From the IMG/VR virus record IMGVR_UViG_3300045256_000829, positions 3,503 through 67,502 of that record: a DNA stretch of 64,000 nucleotides, one strand, 5' to 3'. The position numbers and the translations under genes were made by a program. This stretch comes from a virus. How positions within the stretch are numbered: the stretch's first letter is position 1; each line of letters begins with the position of its first letter. A model generated the notes under the pieces. It was not told where the DNA came from. It worked only from the letters and a program-made list of their open reading frames with translations, and did no database searches. Shown in pieces: positions 56,646 to 64,000 of this stretch.

Positions 56646-57743
56646 ATGACCGTATACAAAAGAGGCGGTGTGTACTGGTATGCCTTTGAACGCAAGGGAA
56701 AGCGTTTTCAGGGGTCAACCGGGGTTGGCGACAAGCGCGTTGCCAGAACGATTGAAGCCGCGCACAGGACACGCCTCGCGAAGATCGAGGTAGGGCTTGA
56801 AGAAGCCAATCCGATCGAAGCGCCGTCCTTCCCCGCTGCTATGAAAGCATTCCTGAACTGGTCAAAGACTACTCACGCCGATAAACCCGAAACCACGCGC
56901 CGCTACAGCGTGAGCGCCGTCGCGCTGGAAGAATTCTTCAGCAAAAAGAAACTGGGTGACATTACCGTCAAGCTGGTCGAACGGTTCATCGAATGGCGCT
57001 TGGCGCAAAAGGTCAAAGCGCCGGCGAAGAAGCGCAAAAAAGATCCTCGCGCTGTAACCGATAAGCCTATTCAACCCGCGACTGTGAACCGCGAACTTGC
57101 CTGCCTGCGCCACCTATTCAATTACTTCATCGGTCAAGGGGTGAAAGTTGCCAATCCAGTCAAGGATATGAAATTTTTGGCTGAGAATGAGGACACCTTC
57201 TATATATTGAGCGACGACGATGAATCCAAATATTTAAACGAATGTTCCCAGCCGCTTCACGACGTTGCGATCATGATTTTGGAAACAGGGATGCGCCCCG
57301 ATGAAGTGTATTTGATGCGTAGATCCTGCCTCCATCTCGACAAGGGTTTCTATAAGAATCCTAAAGGCAAGACGCCATCAGCGCGCCGGCGAATTGAGTT
57401 ATCGAGGCGCGCAACGGCGATGCTGAAAGAACGACTTGCGGAGATTGAAGGCGAATGGGTGTTTCCGAGTACTCGAAAGGAGGGTGTTCCCATCGTGAAG
57501 CTCAACGCCGCGCACAATGCTGCCAGGCAACGCGCGAAACTGCCGCGCTTCAGGATTTACGATCTGCGCCACACCTGGGCAACGCGAATGCTCGAATCTG
57601 GCGCGGCCGATCTGTTGACGTTGGCGTCGATGCTGGGACATAAACGGCTCGATATGGTCATGAAATATGCGCATCCGACAGATGGCCACAAGCGCGAGGC
57701 TATCCGAAAGTTCGAGGAAAGTAGAAGCAACCCGGACAGCTAG
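56646..57743 (+). CDS. int: Tyrosine recombinase/integrase
   Basis: TVNRELA, TGMRPDE, KT, YDLRHT, LGH, KY; N-terminal arm-binding domain. Confidence 0.93.
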   Translation: MTVYKRGGVYWYAFERKGKRFQGSTGVGDKRVARTIEAAHRTRLAKIEVGLEEANPIEAPSFPAAMKAFLNWSKTTHADKPETTRRYSVSAVALEEFFSKKKLGDITVKLVERFIEWRLAQKVKAPAKKRKKDPRAVTDKPIQPATVNRELACLRHLFNYFIGQGVKVANPVKDMKFLAENEDTFYILSDDDESKYLNECSQPLHDVAIMILETGMRPDEVYLMRRSCLHLDKGFYKNPKGKTPSARRRIELSRRATAMLKERLAEIEGEWVFPSTRKEGVPIVKLNAAHNAARQRAKLPRFRIYDLRHTWATRMLESGAADLLTLASMLGHKRLDMVMKYAHPTDGHKREAIRKFEESRSNPDS

Positions 57744-58612
57744 CTTAATTTCTCAAGTATCTTGTTGATTGCTTTCGTCGCGGCGCCCATCTTTTCAGTG
57801 CGCCTCTTCTGTTCGAGCTTTTGATCAAGAATCAATTCAATACCAAGCTGCAACACGGGAAAATATTCAAGGCATTCTTCCTCAGTCAACCCATGTATCC
57901 CCTTGCTCAGGATTGAGTACGCTTTTCGAATTTCGAAAAGATACTCAGGCAAATATCCTTTTAAAAGCCCAATCTTATCGTCCATTCGCGCGGACCTGTA
58001 TGCGTCTTCATCCCAGTCAACATACTGCGCCGCTTCCTCGTGCGCTTCTCTGACCAAGTCCTCAAAGATTCGCCGGAGATAGACAAACGCGCCAATTCCT
58101 ACGCCGTGAGACGCAAGCCCGATCCCGCGCGTCAATTCCCGATATTTTTCAGCGCTCAGAACAGCTCGATATTCACGGACTATAGGCTCTATCAAATCCG
58201 AAATCGAAGGATATTGGCCGATTTTCGTTATAGCCGAATCGCCGACATTGAAAATAAAAGTCAATCTGTGAGAGCTATCATGCGGGCATTTAAAATTTAT
58301 CGTGAACTGTCGCGCATAAAGTCCCGTTTCTAAACCAGAATGGTCAGGGGATCTATAGGTGGGCTCTGCTAGAAAAGATGTTTGTTTCTTACACCAAACA
58401 CAGAACGCATCGAGCGGCCGATTGTACTGCTGCAACTGCAAGACTCCGGTGCGAACTTCTTGTACATTACTGGCGTCCCAAACTACCCGATGGTAAAGGG
58501 GCAGATCAAGCATAAATTCCAAAGGTGAAGGAAATTTCTTTTCTGACTTAGTTACCAAGGGCGCCAAGGTTTGATTTTCGGCTCGTATCAAAGGACCTCC
58601 CAATACTGACAA
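57740..58612 (-). CDS. Zn-ribbon + HEPN-like (DUF4145-related) protein
   Basis: CVWC...CPH, KIGQYPS, GIGAFVYLRRIFE, LSKGIH; looks AT-richer than neighbours. Confidence 0.65.
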   Translation of the reverse strand: MSVLGGPLIRAENQTLAPLVTKSEKKFPSPLEFMLDLPLYHRVVWDASNVQEVRTGVLQLQQYNRPLDAFCVWCKKQTSFLAEPTYRSPDHSGLETGLYARQFTINFKCPHDSSHRLTFIFNVGDSAITKIGQYPSISDLIEPIVREYRAVLSAEKYRELTRGIGLASHGVGIGAFVYLRRIFEDLVREAHEEAAQYVDWDEDAYRSARMDDKIGLLKGYLPEYLFEIRKAYSILSKGIHGLTEEECLEYFPVLQLGIELILDQKLEQKRRTEKMGAATKAINKILEKLS

Positions 58613-58651
58613 AATCCAGATTCTGAAGCCGAATATTTTACTTACTTTGAG

Positions 58652-59785
58652 TCAGGCGGCAAGCTTGATCCGTACTGATCCATTCCGCCGACAACGCTCG
58701 GCAAACAACTCTTCATAGCGCTCGCGGATCGTGGCGGCCGACACGTATTGAACCGCCAGGCCTGACACTCGCGCCACTTCCCGCCGAACACCGGCGAGCG
58801 CCTCGCACTGGTCAAGTGACGGGATGAATGTTGGCCACCCCTTCACGAAAAGCATCTCTTTCGGAATTCGCGCCTCGATCGCGCGACGCGCACTGGCGTT
58901 CGCTTTCGCTTGCGTCACGGCTTGGCGTTGCGCTTGGCTGAGAAGATCCGGGCGAACATCGGCAAGCCAGCGCGCCGGCTGAAAACTGAAAGCGCTGGCG
59001 ATTTCCAAGTTCACAAGCTGATGATAATTGTCGTGATTGCGTTCGTCTTTTAGGCTGGCTTGTAGGTCGTGCATTCCGTTCAACACGCAAAGCGAGCAAC
59101 TCACCCGTGAATTACCATTCACGCGATAAGCGTAATGACCGGCGAATCCCTGCCGTTCGTGTTCAAGCCAAACCTCTTCGACTGGCCAGTCAATAATCGG
59201 ATACCAGTCGCGGCCGCCGATTCCGCCAGCTCGCGCAAGTCTCTTATTCGGCTGCGATACTGGCTTCTTCGCCCTGCCGTCTGACTCTTCGCGCCGAATG
59301 CCAACCGCGTTGATAATCGGATGGCCGTGAAAGCGGATGGCTAACTCACGCGTGATCGGCGCGACCTTCAATTCACTCGTACAGAAGCGCATCGAAGCCG
59401 AACTCCAAGGCGTGATGAGTGTCACGCAACGAAGGTCGATATAACGCGCCGCGTTGTCGCGCCATCGCTGCTGCCAGCGCTCAACCATTCCACCCTGCTT
59501 TCGTTTAACAACGATCAGTTCGAGGCCAAGATGAGCGGCTAAGCGTTCGCATTGAGGCAACGAATCCGCGTGTTCAATTCGGCCAAGATCGGCGTGAATC
59601 AGGACCCGTGGCCCCTGATGGTTTACCGCGTCGAGAAAACGCGTCGTGGCCAGCGCCATCGCGTCAGAGTCCTTACCTCCACTGGCGCCGAAGGCGATGA
59701 CCGCATCCGCATCGATCAGATCCGCGACATCTTCATCAATGGTGATTTTATGATTCTTCGCAGCTGCGCGAATAGGACCCTTCAT
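58652..59785 (-). CDS. PAPS-reductase-family (PP-loop) protein
   Basis: SGGKDS, FCTSELK, GIRREES..R, RVSCSLC. Confidence 0.85.
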   Translation of the reverse strand: MKGPIRAAAKNHKITIDEDVADLIDADAVIAFGASGGKDSDAMALATTRFLDAVNHQGPRVLIHADLGRIEHADSLPQCERLAAHLGLELIVVKRKQGGMVERWQQRWRDNAARYIDLRCVTLITPWSSASMRFCTSELKVAPITRELAIRFHGHPIINAVGIRREESDGRAKKPVSQPNKRLARAGGIGGRDWYPIIDWPVEEVWLEHERQGFAGHYAYRVNGNSRVSCSLCVLNGMHDLQASLKDERNHDNYHQLVNLEIASAFSFQPARWLADVRPDLLSQAQRQAVTQAKANASARRAIEARIPKEMLFVKGWPTFIPSLDQCEALAGVRREVARVSGLAVQYVSAATIRERYEELFAERCRRNGSVRIKLAA

Positions 59786-59798
59786 ACCACTTCCTTGA

Positions 59799-60113
59799 TC
59801 AGTTTGTGTACGCGCCGATCGCGCCCGAACCGCATTTATAATTGGTTTGATTGGCGTCACTGCCAACGATCGTGAGCTTGCTGCCGTCGAGACACGTGGT
59901 TGGCGGATTCTTTTTCGGCCGATCACTTTCATTCGATAGCGATTCTCGGTTAACCGGGGTTGAATCGAGTCTCTGAATCAGCTGCGGTTCCGGCGCCGGA
60001 CTCTGCGGCGTCGGCGGTGTGAGATAGTTCGGTTCAACAGTGCGCGGCGCGCTGCAACTCCAAGTCATAGCGCAAAGAACCACGAAGGCGATCATCAACT
60101 TCCGGTTTTTCAT
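59799..60113 (-). CDS. Putative lipoprotein
   Basis: Signal peptide ending TWSC, Pro-rich linker, GGAGG RBS. Confidence 0.6.
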   Translation of the reverse strand: MKNRKLMIAFVVLCAMTWSCSAPRTVEPNYLTPPTPQSPAPEPQLIQRLDSTPVNRESLSNESDRPKKNPPTTCLDGSKLTIVGSDANQTNYKCGSGAIGAYTN

Positions 60114-60142
60114 AAACCCTCCCTTTATCATATGGCTGATAT

Positions 60143-60625
60143 TTACGGATGTGGCTGAGCGCCTGCTCCGCTGACTTCACTCTCTCGTCTTTTCAGGTAA
60201 TCGATAAAACTGTTGGCGGCGCGCTTCGAAATTTCTTCCAGTTTGCACTGAAGAAGCGAAACGCATTCTCTCTCTGGATCGCATCCAATTTCGCGCGCAA
60301 GATTGCGAATCATCCAGAGTTGTTTCGGCGTCACGAGGTCACCCAGGGTTTTAGGATGCGGATCGACGCCACCGAAAGGGTTTTCTGGCTCTGCCCCTTC
60401 AATCTTCTCTCCCGCTTCGTCGGAAGGAAGCCCTCTCCGCTTTTTAACGTCGTTCGCTTGTTTCCTGACTTCGTCCTTCGCTTGCGTCCAGAGCGCCGCC
60501 AGCGCTTCTTCTGGCGATTCGCCAGGTTCGATCGCGCCCATCAGGCTGATGGCGATGTCAACGTTCTCGTAGTTTCCGAGATTGACCTTGTAGGCAAAAC
60601 TCGCCGTGATCATTTTCAGTTCCAT
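60143..60625 (-). CDS. Two-domain hypothetical protein
   Basis: KVNLGNYE N-domain; TPKQL...SKRAANSFIDYL helical C-domain. Confidence 0.65.
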   Translation of the reverse strand: MELKMITASFAYKVNLGNYENVDIAISLMGAIEPGESPEEALAALWTQAKDEVRKQANDVKKRRGLPSDEAGEKIEGAEPENPFGGVDPHPKTLGDLVTPKQLWMIRNLAREIGCDPERECVSLLQCKLEEISKRAANSFIDYLKRRESEVSGAGAQPHP

Positions 60626-60633
60626 AGCACCTC

Positions 60634-60843
60634 TCAATAAATCCTGCCCTTGTCCCATTCCGAGTGAAGGCGCGTCATAGCGATTCGCCTTGTCGCTTCT
60701 AAACTGGCCAATTCGCTCGTAGACTTACCGCGCTGGTCGTATCGAGCCTCGCCAGCTTTCGCGCCAAATTGCCTTGTCAAGGCTTCAGTCCAGTTCTCTT
60801 CAGCGCGCATCGCTTCGGCGTAAATCTTTTCGTATTCGGTCAC
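60634..60843 (-). CDS. Hypothetical protein
   Basis: AGGAG RBS. Confidence 0.6.
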   Translation of the reverse strand: MTEYEKIYAEAMRAEENWTEALTRQFGAKAGEARYDQRGKSTSELASLEATRRIAMTRLHSEWDKGRIY

Positions 60844-60856
60844 TGGCTTTCTCCTG

Positions 60857-61138
60857 TTACTCGATCAGTCGTTCAATCTTGCGCGATTCCATTTCATTCA
60901 ACTTCGTAATTAGTCGAACTCGTTCAAGTTCACCGATGCGGCGAAAATGAACCTCTGCCATCATCACATCAATCATTGTCGGCTGGCCTTCGGTTAACGC
61001 CTTCGCTTTCTCGATCAATTCCCGATTCTGCGCTTTATCGAAGGCGTCCATATGCAACCAGTGCGGGCCGTCGTGAATGACGCACTCACAATCTTTTTCA
61101 AGCTCGACAATCTGACCGTTTGTCAATTGCGCCTTCAT
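60857..61138 (-). CDS. Hypothetical protein
   Basis: GGAG RBS. Confidence 0.6.
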   Translation of the reverse strand: MKAQLTNGQIVELEKDCECVIHDGPHWLHMDAFDKAQNRELIEKAKALTEGQPTMIDVMMAEVHFRRIGELERVRLITKLNEMESRKIERLIE

Positions 61139-61145
61139 ATCTCCC

Positions 61146-61358
61146 CTATTCATCCACGGCCGCCGAATAAACTCTGTGCAGCTTCCTTCCGTGGCCGTAG
61201 GCGCGATACTCTTTGCCCTCTTGAATGGATTCCTTCACCGCTTTTAGGTGTGAATCCCGTTTAGCTAAAAGCTCCTTCGGGCCGAGGCCCTTGTAAGAGT
61301 TCTCCGCAGGAAACGAATCAACGGTTTCAGGCCAATCTGATTTGCGTTTCTGTTTCAT
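61146..61358 (-). CDS. Hypothetical protein
   Basis: Operon packing. Confidence 0.5.
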   Translation of the reverse strand: MKQKRKSDWPETVDSFPAENSYKGLGPKELLAKRDSHLKAVKESIQEGKEYRAYGHGRKLHRVYSAAVDE

Positions 61359-61434
61359 AATTCTTCTCTCGAAATAATCGTTCTATCCCGGCCATCAAAC
61401 CGATTCGGCGGCCGTCTTTTTCATTGCGATCACG

Positions 61435-61764
61435 TTACGCTGTCTCTTGGCAGTAGTCGCCATAATCATCTTTGCGCGGGCAATACCAACCGCGCCGTCC
61501 TTTTTTCATCATCGAACGATGCTCGGGACATTTCGGCGCGTTTGCCGCAGGCTGCGCGCCTTGACCGTTTCGCGCGCCCTGCCCTGACGCGGCGGGCTGC
61601 GGAGGCTCAGCGCCGATTGCCTTCAATTTACCGATCATCGATTTCAGCGCTTCGGCCTTCCCTTCGACTTCCACTTGTACCGGGAAACCCTCGATCAAAA
61701 CATTGATCGTAAACTTCGCCGATTGCGCGCCCTGCCTTGCGTCAATTGGAGTGACGTTGTTCAT
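61435..61764 (-). CDS. Hypothetical protein with C-terminal Zn finger
   Basis: CPEH...WYC...C. Confidence 0.65.
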   Translation of the reverse strand: MNNVTPIDARQGAQSAKFTINVLIEGFPVQVEVEGKAEALKSMIGKLKAIGAEPPQPAASGQGARNGQGAQPAANAPKCPEHRSMMKKGRRGWYCPRKDDYGDYCQETA

Positions 61765-61975
61765 TCGCTTCCACCTCTTCGTTGCTGGTCGCTTCTCTTT
61801 GAGCGTCGGCGCATTCAATCGCGGCTTCGATATATGCTTTTTCCGCGGCGTCGAGCGCATCGACCGCTATCAGCATCACGCGGCGCGCGTTAACGCGCTT
61901 CTCTCGTAAAACCGAGAGCTTTGATGCTTGCTCAATTTGCTCGTCAATTGTGGGCCGTACAGCTTGCGTTGACAT
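61742..61975 (-). CDS. Hypothetical coiled-coil protein
   Basis: GGAGG RBS. Confidence 0.6.
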   Translation of the reverse strand: MSTQAVRPTIDEQIEQASKLSVLREKRVNARRVMLIAVDALDAAEKAYIEAAIECADAQREATSNEEVEANEQRHSN

Positions 61976-61994
61976 AAATCCTCCGATGAATCCT

Positions 61995-62357
61995 TTACCG
62001 ACAAAGCTTGATGATCGCTGAGAGCCGGGCAATATCTTCCTGGCTCAACTCTTCATCATCACTGGTTTGATACTGGCCATTTGGGTGAACGGTGACTGTT
62101 CGGGGAGGCGTTCTCTCGGTTGAGATTGACATCCCGGCGCCAATCTCAACCCCGCCAGGCGCAGCAATAGAAGGTTTCAAAGTGGTAGTAGATCCCTCGC
62201 CTTTGAGTTCGACTGTGACTGGCAGGCAGGGATGAATTGATATTTCCCGTTGAGGATGAGGGACTGGCTGGCTTGCAACAACGATCATCATAATAAGAAA
62301 AACGAACGTAGCCGCAAGGTAAAGGCCAATCAGCTCAATTTTCAGTTCCTTGTCCAT
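61995..62357 (-). CDS. Single-TM membrane protein
   Basis: AGGAGG RBS; N-terminal TM. Confidence 0.6.
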   Translation of the reverse strand: MDKELKIELIGLYLAATFVFLIMMIVVASQPVPHPQREISIHPCLPVTVELKGEGSTTTLKPSIAAPGGVEIGAGMSISTERTPPRTVTVHPNGQYQTSDDEELSQEDIARLSAIIKLCR

Positions 62358-62373
62358 TTCATCACCTCCTCCT

Positions 62374-62772
62374 TTACGCACAAAGCAGCTTCGCCAGGGC
62401 GTTGTGAATTTCGAGCGCCTTATCTGCGCCCGAGAAGGTTTTCATCGTGAGCAACTCCATATAGGCATTCGTATCCTTGCGGAGTATCGCGATATTGATG
62501 TAATGCCCGTTGTTGATGCCCGGATCGAAGATCACTAGGACTCGCTTGTAGTCGGGGACTTCAACCTTGGACAGAAGCGACGAAGTTGACGGCCGAATAA
62601 AGTCGAGAGCGTCTCGCAGTCCAGTCGCGCTCAAACAGTTCTCGACGGCCCGCTGAAGCTCGCCAAGTGTCTTATTGCCAACCCTGCGCAGCATGTTTTT
62701 GTTTACAGGGCTCGGGCCGTAGACGTGAAGGTCAAATGGTTCGATCTTGGTTCCAGCTGCGGTTGTATTCAT
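62374..62772 (-). CDS. Hypothetical protein
   Basis: AAGGAG RBS, ATGA overlap. Confidence 0.65.
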   Translation of the reverse strand: MNTTAAGTKIEPFDLHVYGPSPVNKNMLRRVGNKTLGELQRAVENCLSATGLRDALDFIRPSTSSLLSKVEVPDYKRVLVIFDPGINNGHYINIAILRKDTNAYMELLTMKTFSGADKALEIHNALAKLLCA

Positions 62773-63065
62773 TTCGTCGTTACTCCTTTATTTTCGAACA
62801 CTACGATCCCATGGTTTGCATTTACGGCTGCGCGGATCGCGAGCGCCAGGTCCAGATAGTTACGGTGTCCTTGAAGCCAGTACGGCATCTGGCCCATTCC
62901 AGCCGTGAGAGCTTCGTCGCTGACTGGCGGTATATGGCCGGCGCGGCGCATCGCTTCGTTGGCGATAGCCGCTTTTGTCCAATCAGGATGCTCAGCTACG
63001 ACTTCAGCCAAAAGCCGATCCTCTTTTTGACTTTCAAGTAACCCGTTCATTCGCTGTCGATTCAT
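62769..63065 (-). CDS. Hypothetical protein
   Basis: ATGA overlaps. Confidence 0.6.
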   Translation of the reverse strand: MNRQRMNGLLESQKEDRLLAEVVAEHPDWTKAAIANEAMRRAGHIPPVSDEALTAGMGQMPYWLQGHRNYLDLALAIRAAVNANHGIVVFENKGVTTK

Positions 63066-63283
63066 CGCTCTCTCTTTACTCCTTGCAATTTAAACTTTTT
63101 GAAATGCTGTTCGATCGCCGATGACGCCAGTTCAAGTGCTTGCATCAATTCCGGATCTTGATCATCAACGCCCAGATACGCGCCGATGCACGCGATGTCG
63201 TTAATGAGCATGTGTTGGACTTCGGCTAATTTGTAATAAAAGTGCGCGAGTTTCTTGGTTTCGTCAGTGATGCCGTTTTTCAT
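63062..63283 (-). CDS. Hypothetical protein, first gene of an early operon
   Basis: GAGAGGTGGACG-ATG start. Confidence 0.65.
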   Translation of the reverse strand: MKNGITDETKKLAHFYYKLAEVQHMLINDIACIGAYLGVDDQDPELMQALELASSAIEQHFKKFKLQGVKRER

Positions 63284-63328
63284 CGTCCACCTCTCAATCG
63301 GTTTCAGGTCAAGTCCCCTTGCCTTATG

Positions 63329-63363
63329 CTTGATATAATAAGTAAATCGCTTGATATATACAA
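63329..63363 (-). promoter_or_regulatory. Sigma70-like promoter overlapped by two degenerate operator sites
   Basis: TTGTAT-17bp-TATTAT; CTTGATATA half-sites at 63329 and 63350. Confidence 0.6.
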
Positions 63364-63450
63364 TAAAGAAAGCGCACGCGAAGCAATTTATTTGCGCAGT
63401 GCGCAAGGTCACTTCAATTTCCGCTACGAGCGATTGTTTTTAAGGAATTC

Positions 63451-64000
63451 CGGAATGTGTCAATAACTTTGAGACACCTCGGTGAAAAATTTAGACTCCA
63501 AGTGGAGGCTCGGTGCCCGCTTCCAACAGCGGTTGCGGGCGGTTAATCCACACGGCATCAGGTAATGACTGCACGGTGGGAGGTTTTTTGACAAAGCGCT
63601 CTGGATGAGAGGCATATGCGGCATCCAGAACTCGCTGGCGTTTTTCGAGCAATGCGGCTGCCTGGCCATAATGGACCGTGGCCGGCGTGAGTAATCCCAA
63701 TGAGCTGTGATAATGCTCGTGGTTGTACCAATCAATAAACGATCGAACCCAGGCCCTGGCATCCTCCAACGAACCGAAGAAATCCGGGAAGTCGGGCCGA
63801 TATTTCATCGTCTTGAACTGCGACTCGGAGTAAGGATTGTCATTCGAGACGCGCGGTCGCGAATGAGTCTTGGTCACGCCCAGGTCGGCTAGCAGCATTG
63901 CCAGCGGTTTGGACTTCATCGAACTGCCGCGATCGGCATGCAGGGTCAACTGATCCGGCAAGATTCCCTGCTTGAGACAGGTTTCGCGGACCAATTTCTC
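63451..64000 (-). mobile_element. IS3-type insertion sequence (right part)
   Basis: DDE transposase plus terminal-repeat-like TGTCAATAACTTTGAGACA near 63458; exact end uncertain. Confidence 0.75.
63491..64000 (-). CDS. DDE transposase, integrase core (5' part outside window)
   Basis: LHADRGSSM, SRPRVSNDNPYSESQFKTMK, YNHEHYHSSL. Confidence 0.9.
   Translation of the reverse strand, partial: EKLVRETCLKQGILPDQLTLHADRGSSMKSKPLAMLLADLGVTKTHSRPRVSNDNPYSESQFKTMKYRPDFPDFFGSLEDARAWVRSFIDWYNHEHYHSSLGLLTPATVHYGQAAALLEKRQRVLDAAYASHPERFVKKPPTVQSLPDAVWINRPQPLLEAGTEPPLGV

Larger units (their letters stand above)
1..63420. mobile_element. Temperate siphovirus-type phage/prophage (left end outside window, boundaries unresolved)
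   Basis: Portal, terminase, capsid, neck, tail tube, tape measure, tail fibre, repressor, replication initiator and tyrosine integrase present; dense small - strand ORFs; no host housekeeping operon. Confidence 0.93.

Noticed and set aside
58652-59785. Complete Dnd/Ssp system or sulfate-assimilation cysH
   Set aside because: No partner dnd/ssp or cys genes in the window
1-64000. Apparent excess of CGATCG/ATCGAT
   Set aside because: Impression only; needs k-mer counts against a Markov background

Overview
Almost the whole window (<1 to ~63.4 kb) is one temperate, long-tailed (siphovirus-type) phage or prophage, mostly coded on the - strand. It is cut at the left inside the portal gene and ends at the right against an IS3-type transposase. 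Modules: portal/TerL/TerS (0-4.5 kb); accessory virion and envelope genes (7-13 kb); a replication and DNA-modification operon (13-22 kb: DUF1064 nuclease, C5 MTase, cupin, Mom-like GNAT, SNF2-MTase fusion, DnaC-like loader, initiator with iterons); a cI-like repressor followed by a stand-alone LexA/S24-like domain; a phage-borne dnaN; tail and head genes (29.6-48 kb); many small genes including two HEPN-like proteins, HNH and MmcB-like nucleases; divergent xis/int; and a PAPS-reductase-family gene. The most unusual locus is 5.4-7.0 kb: a structured RNA leader precedes a membrane protein, which a candidate -1 frameshift (G_GGA_AAA plus a stem) extends into a basic domain through a linker that is itself a two-orientation DNA repeat array. 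Other signals: a genome-wide 14-bp palindrome (CTTGAT-N2-ATCAAG), a candidate +1 TTT_CGT frameshift in the tail chaperone, and several intergenic structured RNAs. All protein calls come from motif recognition only; no database searches were run.
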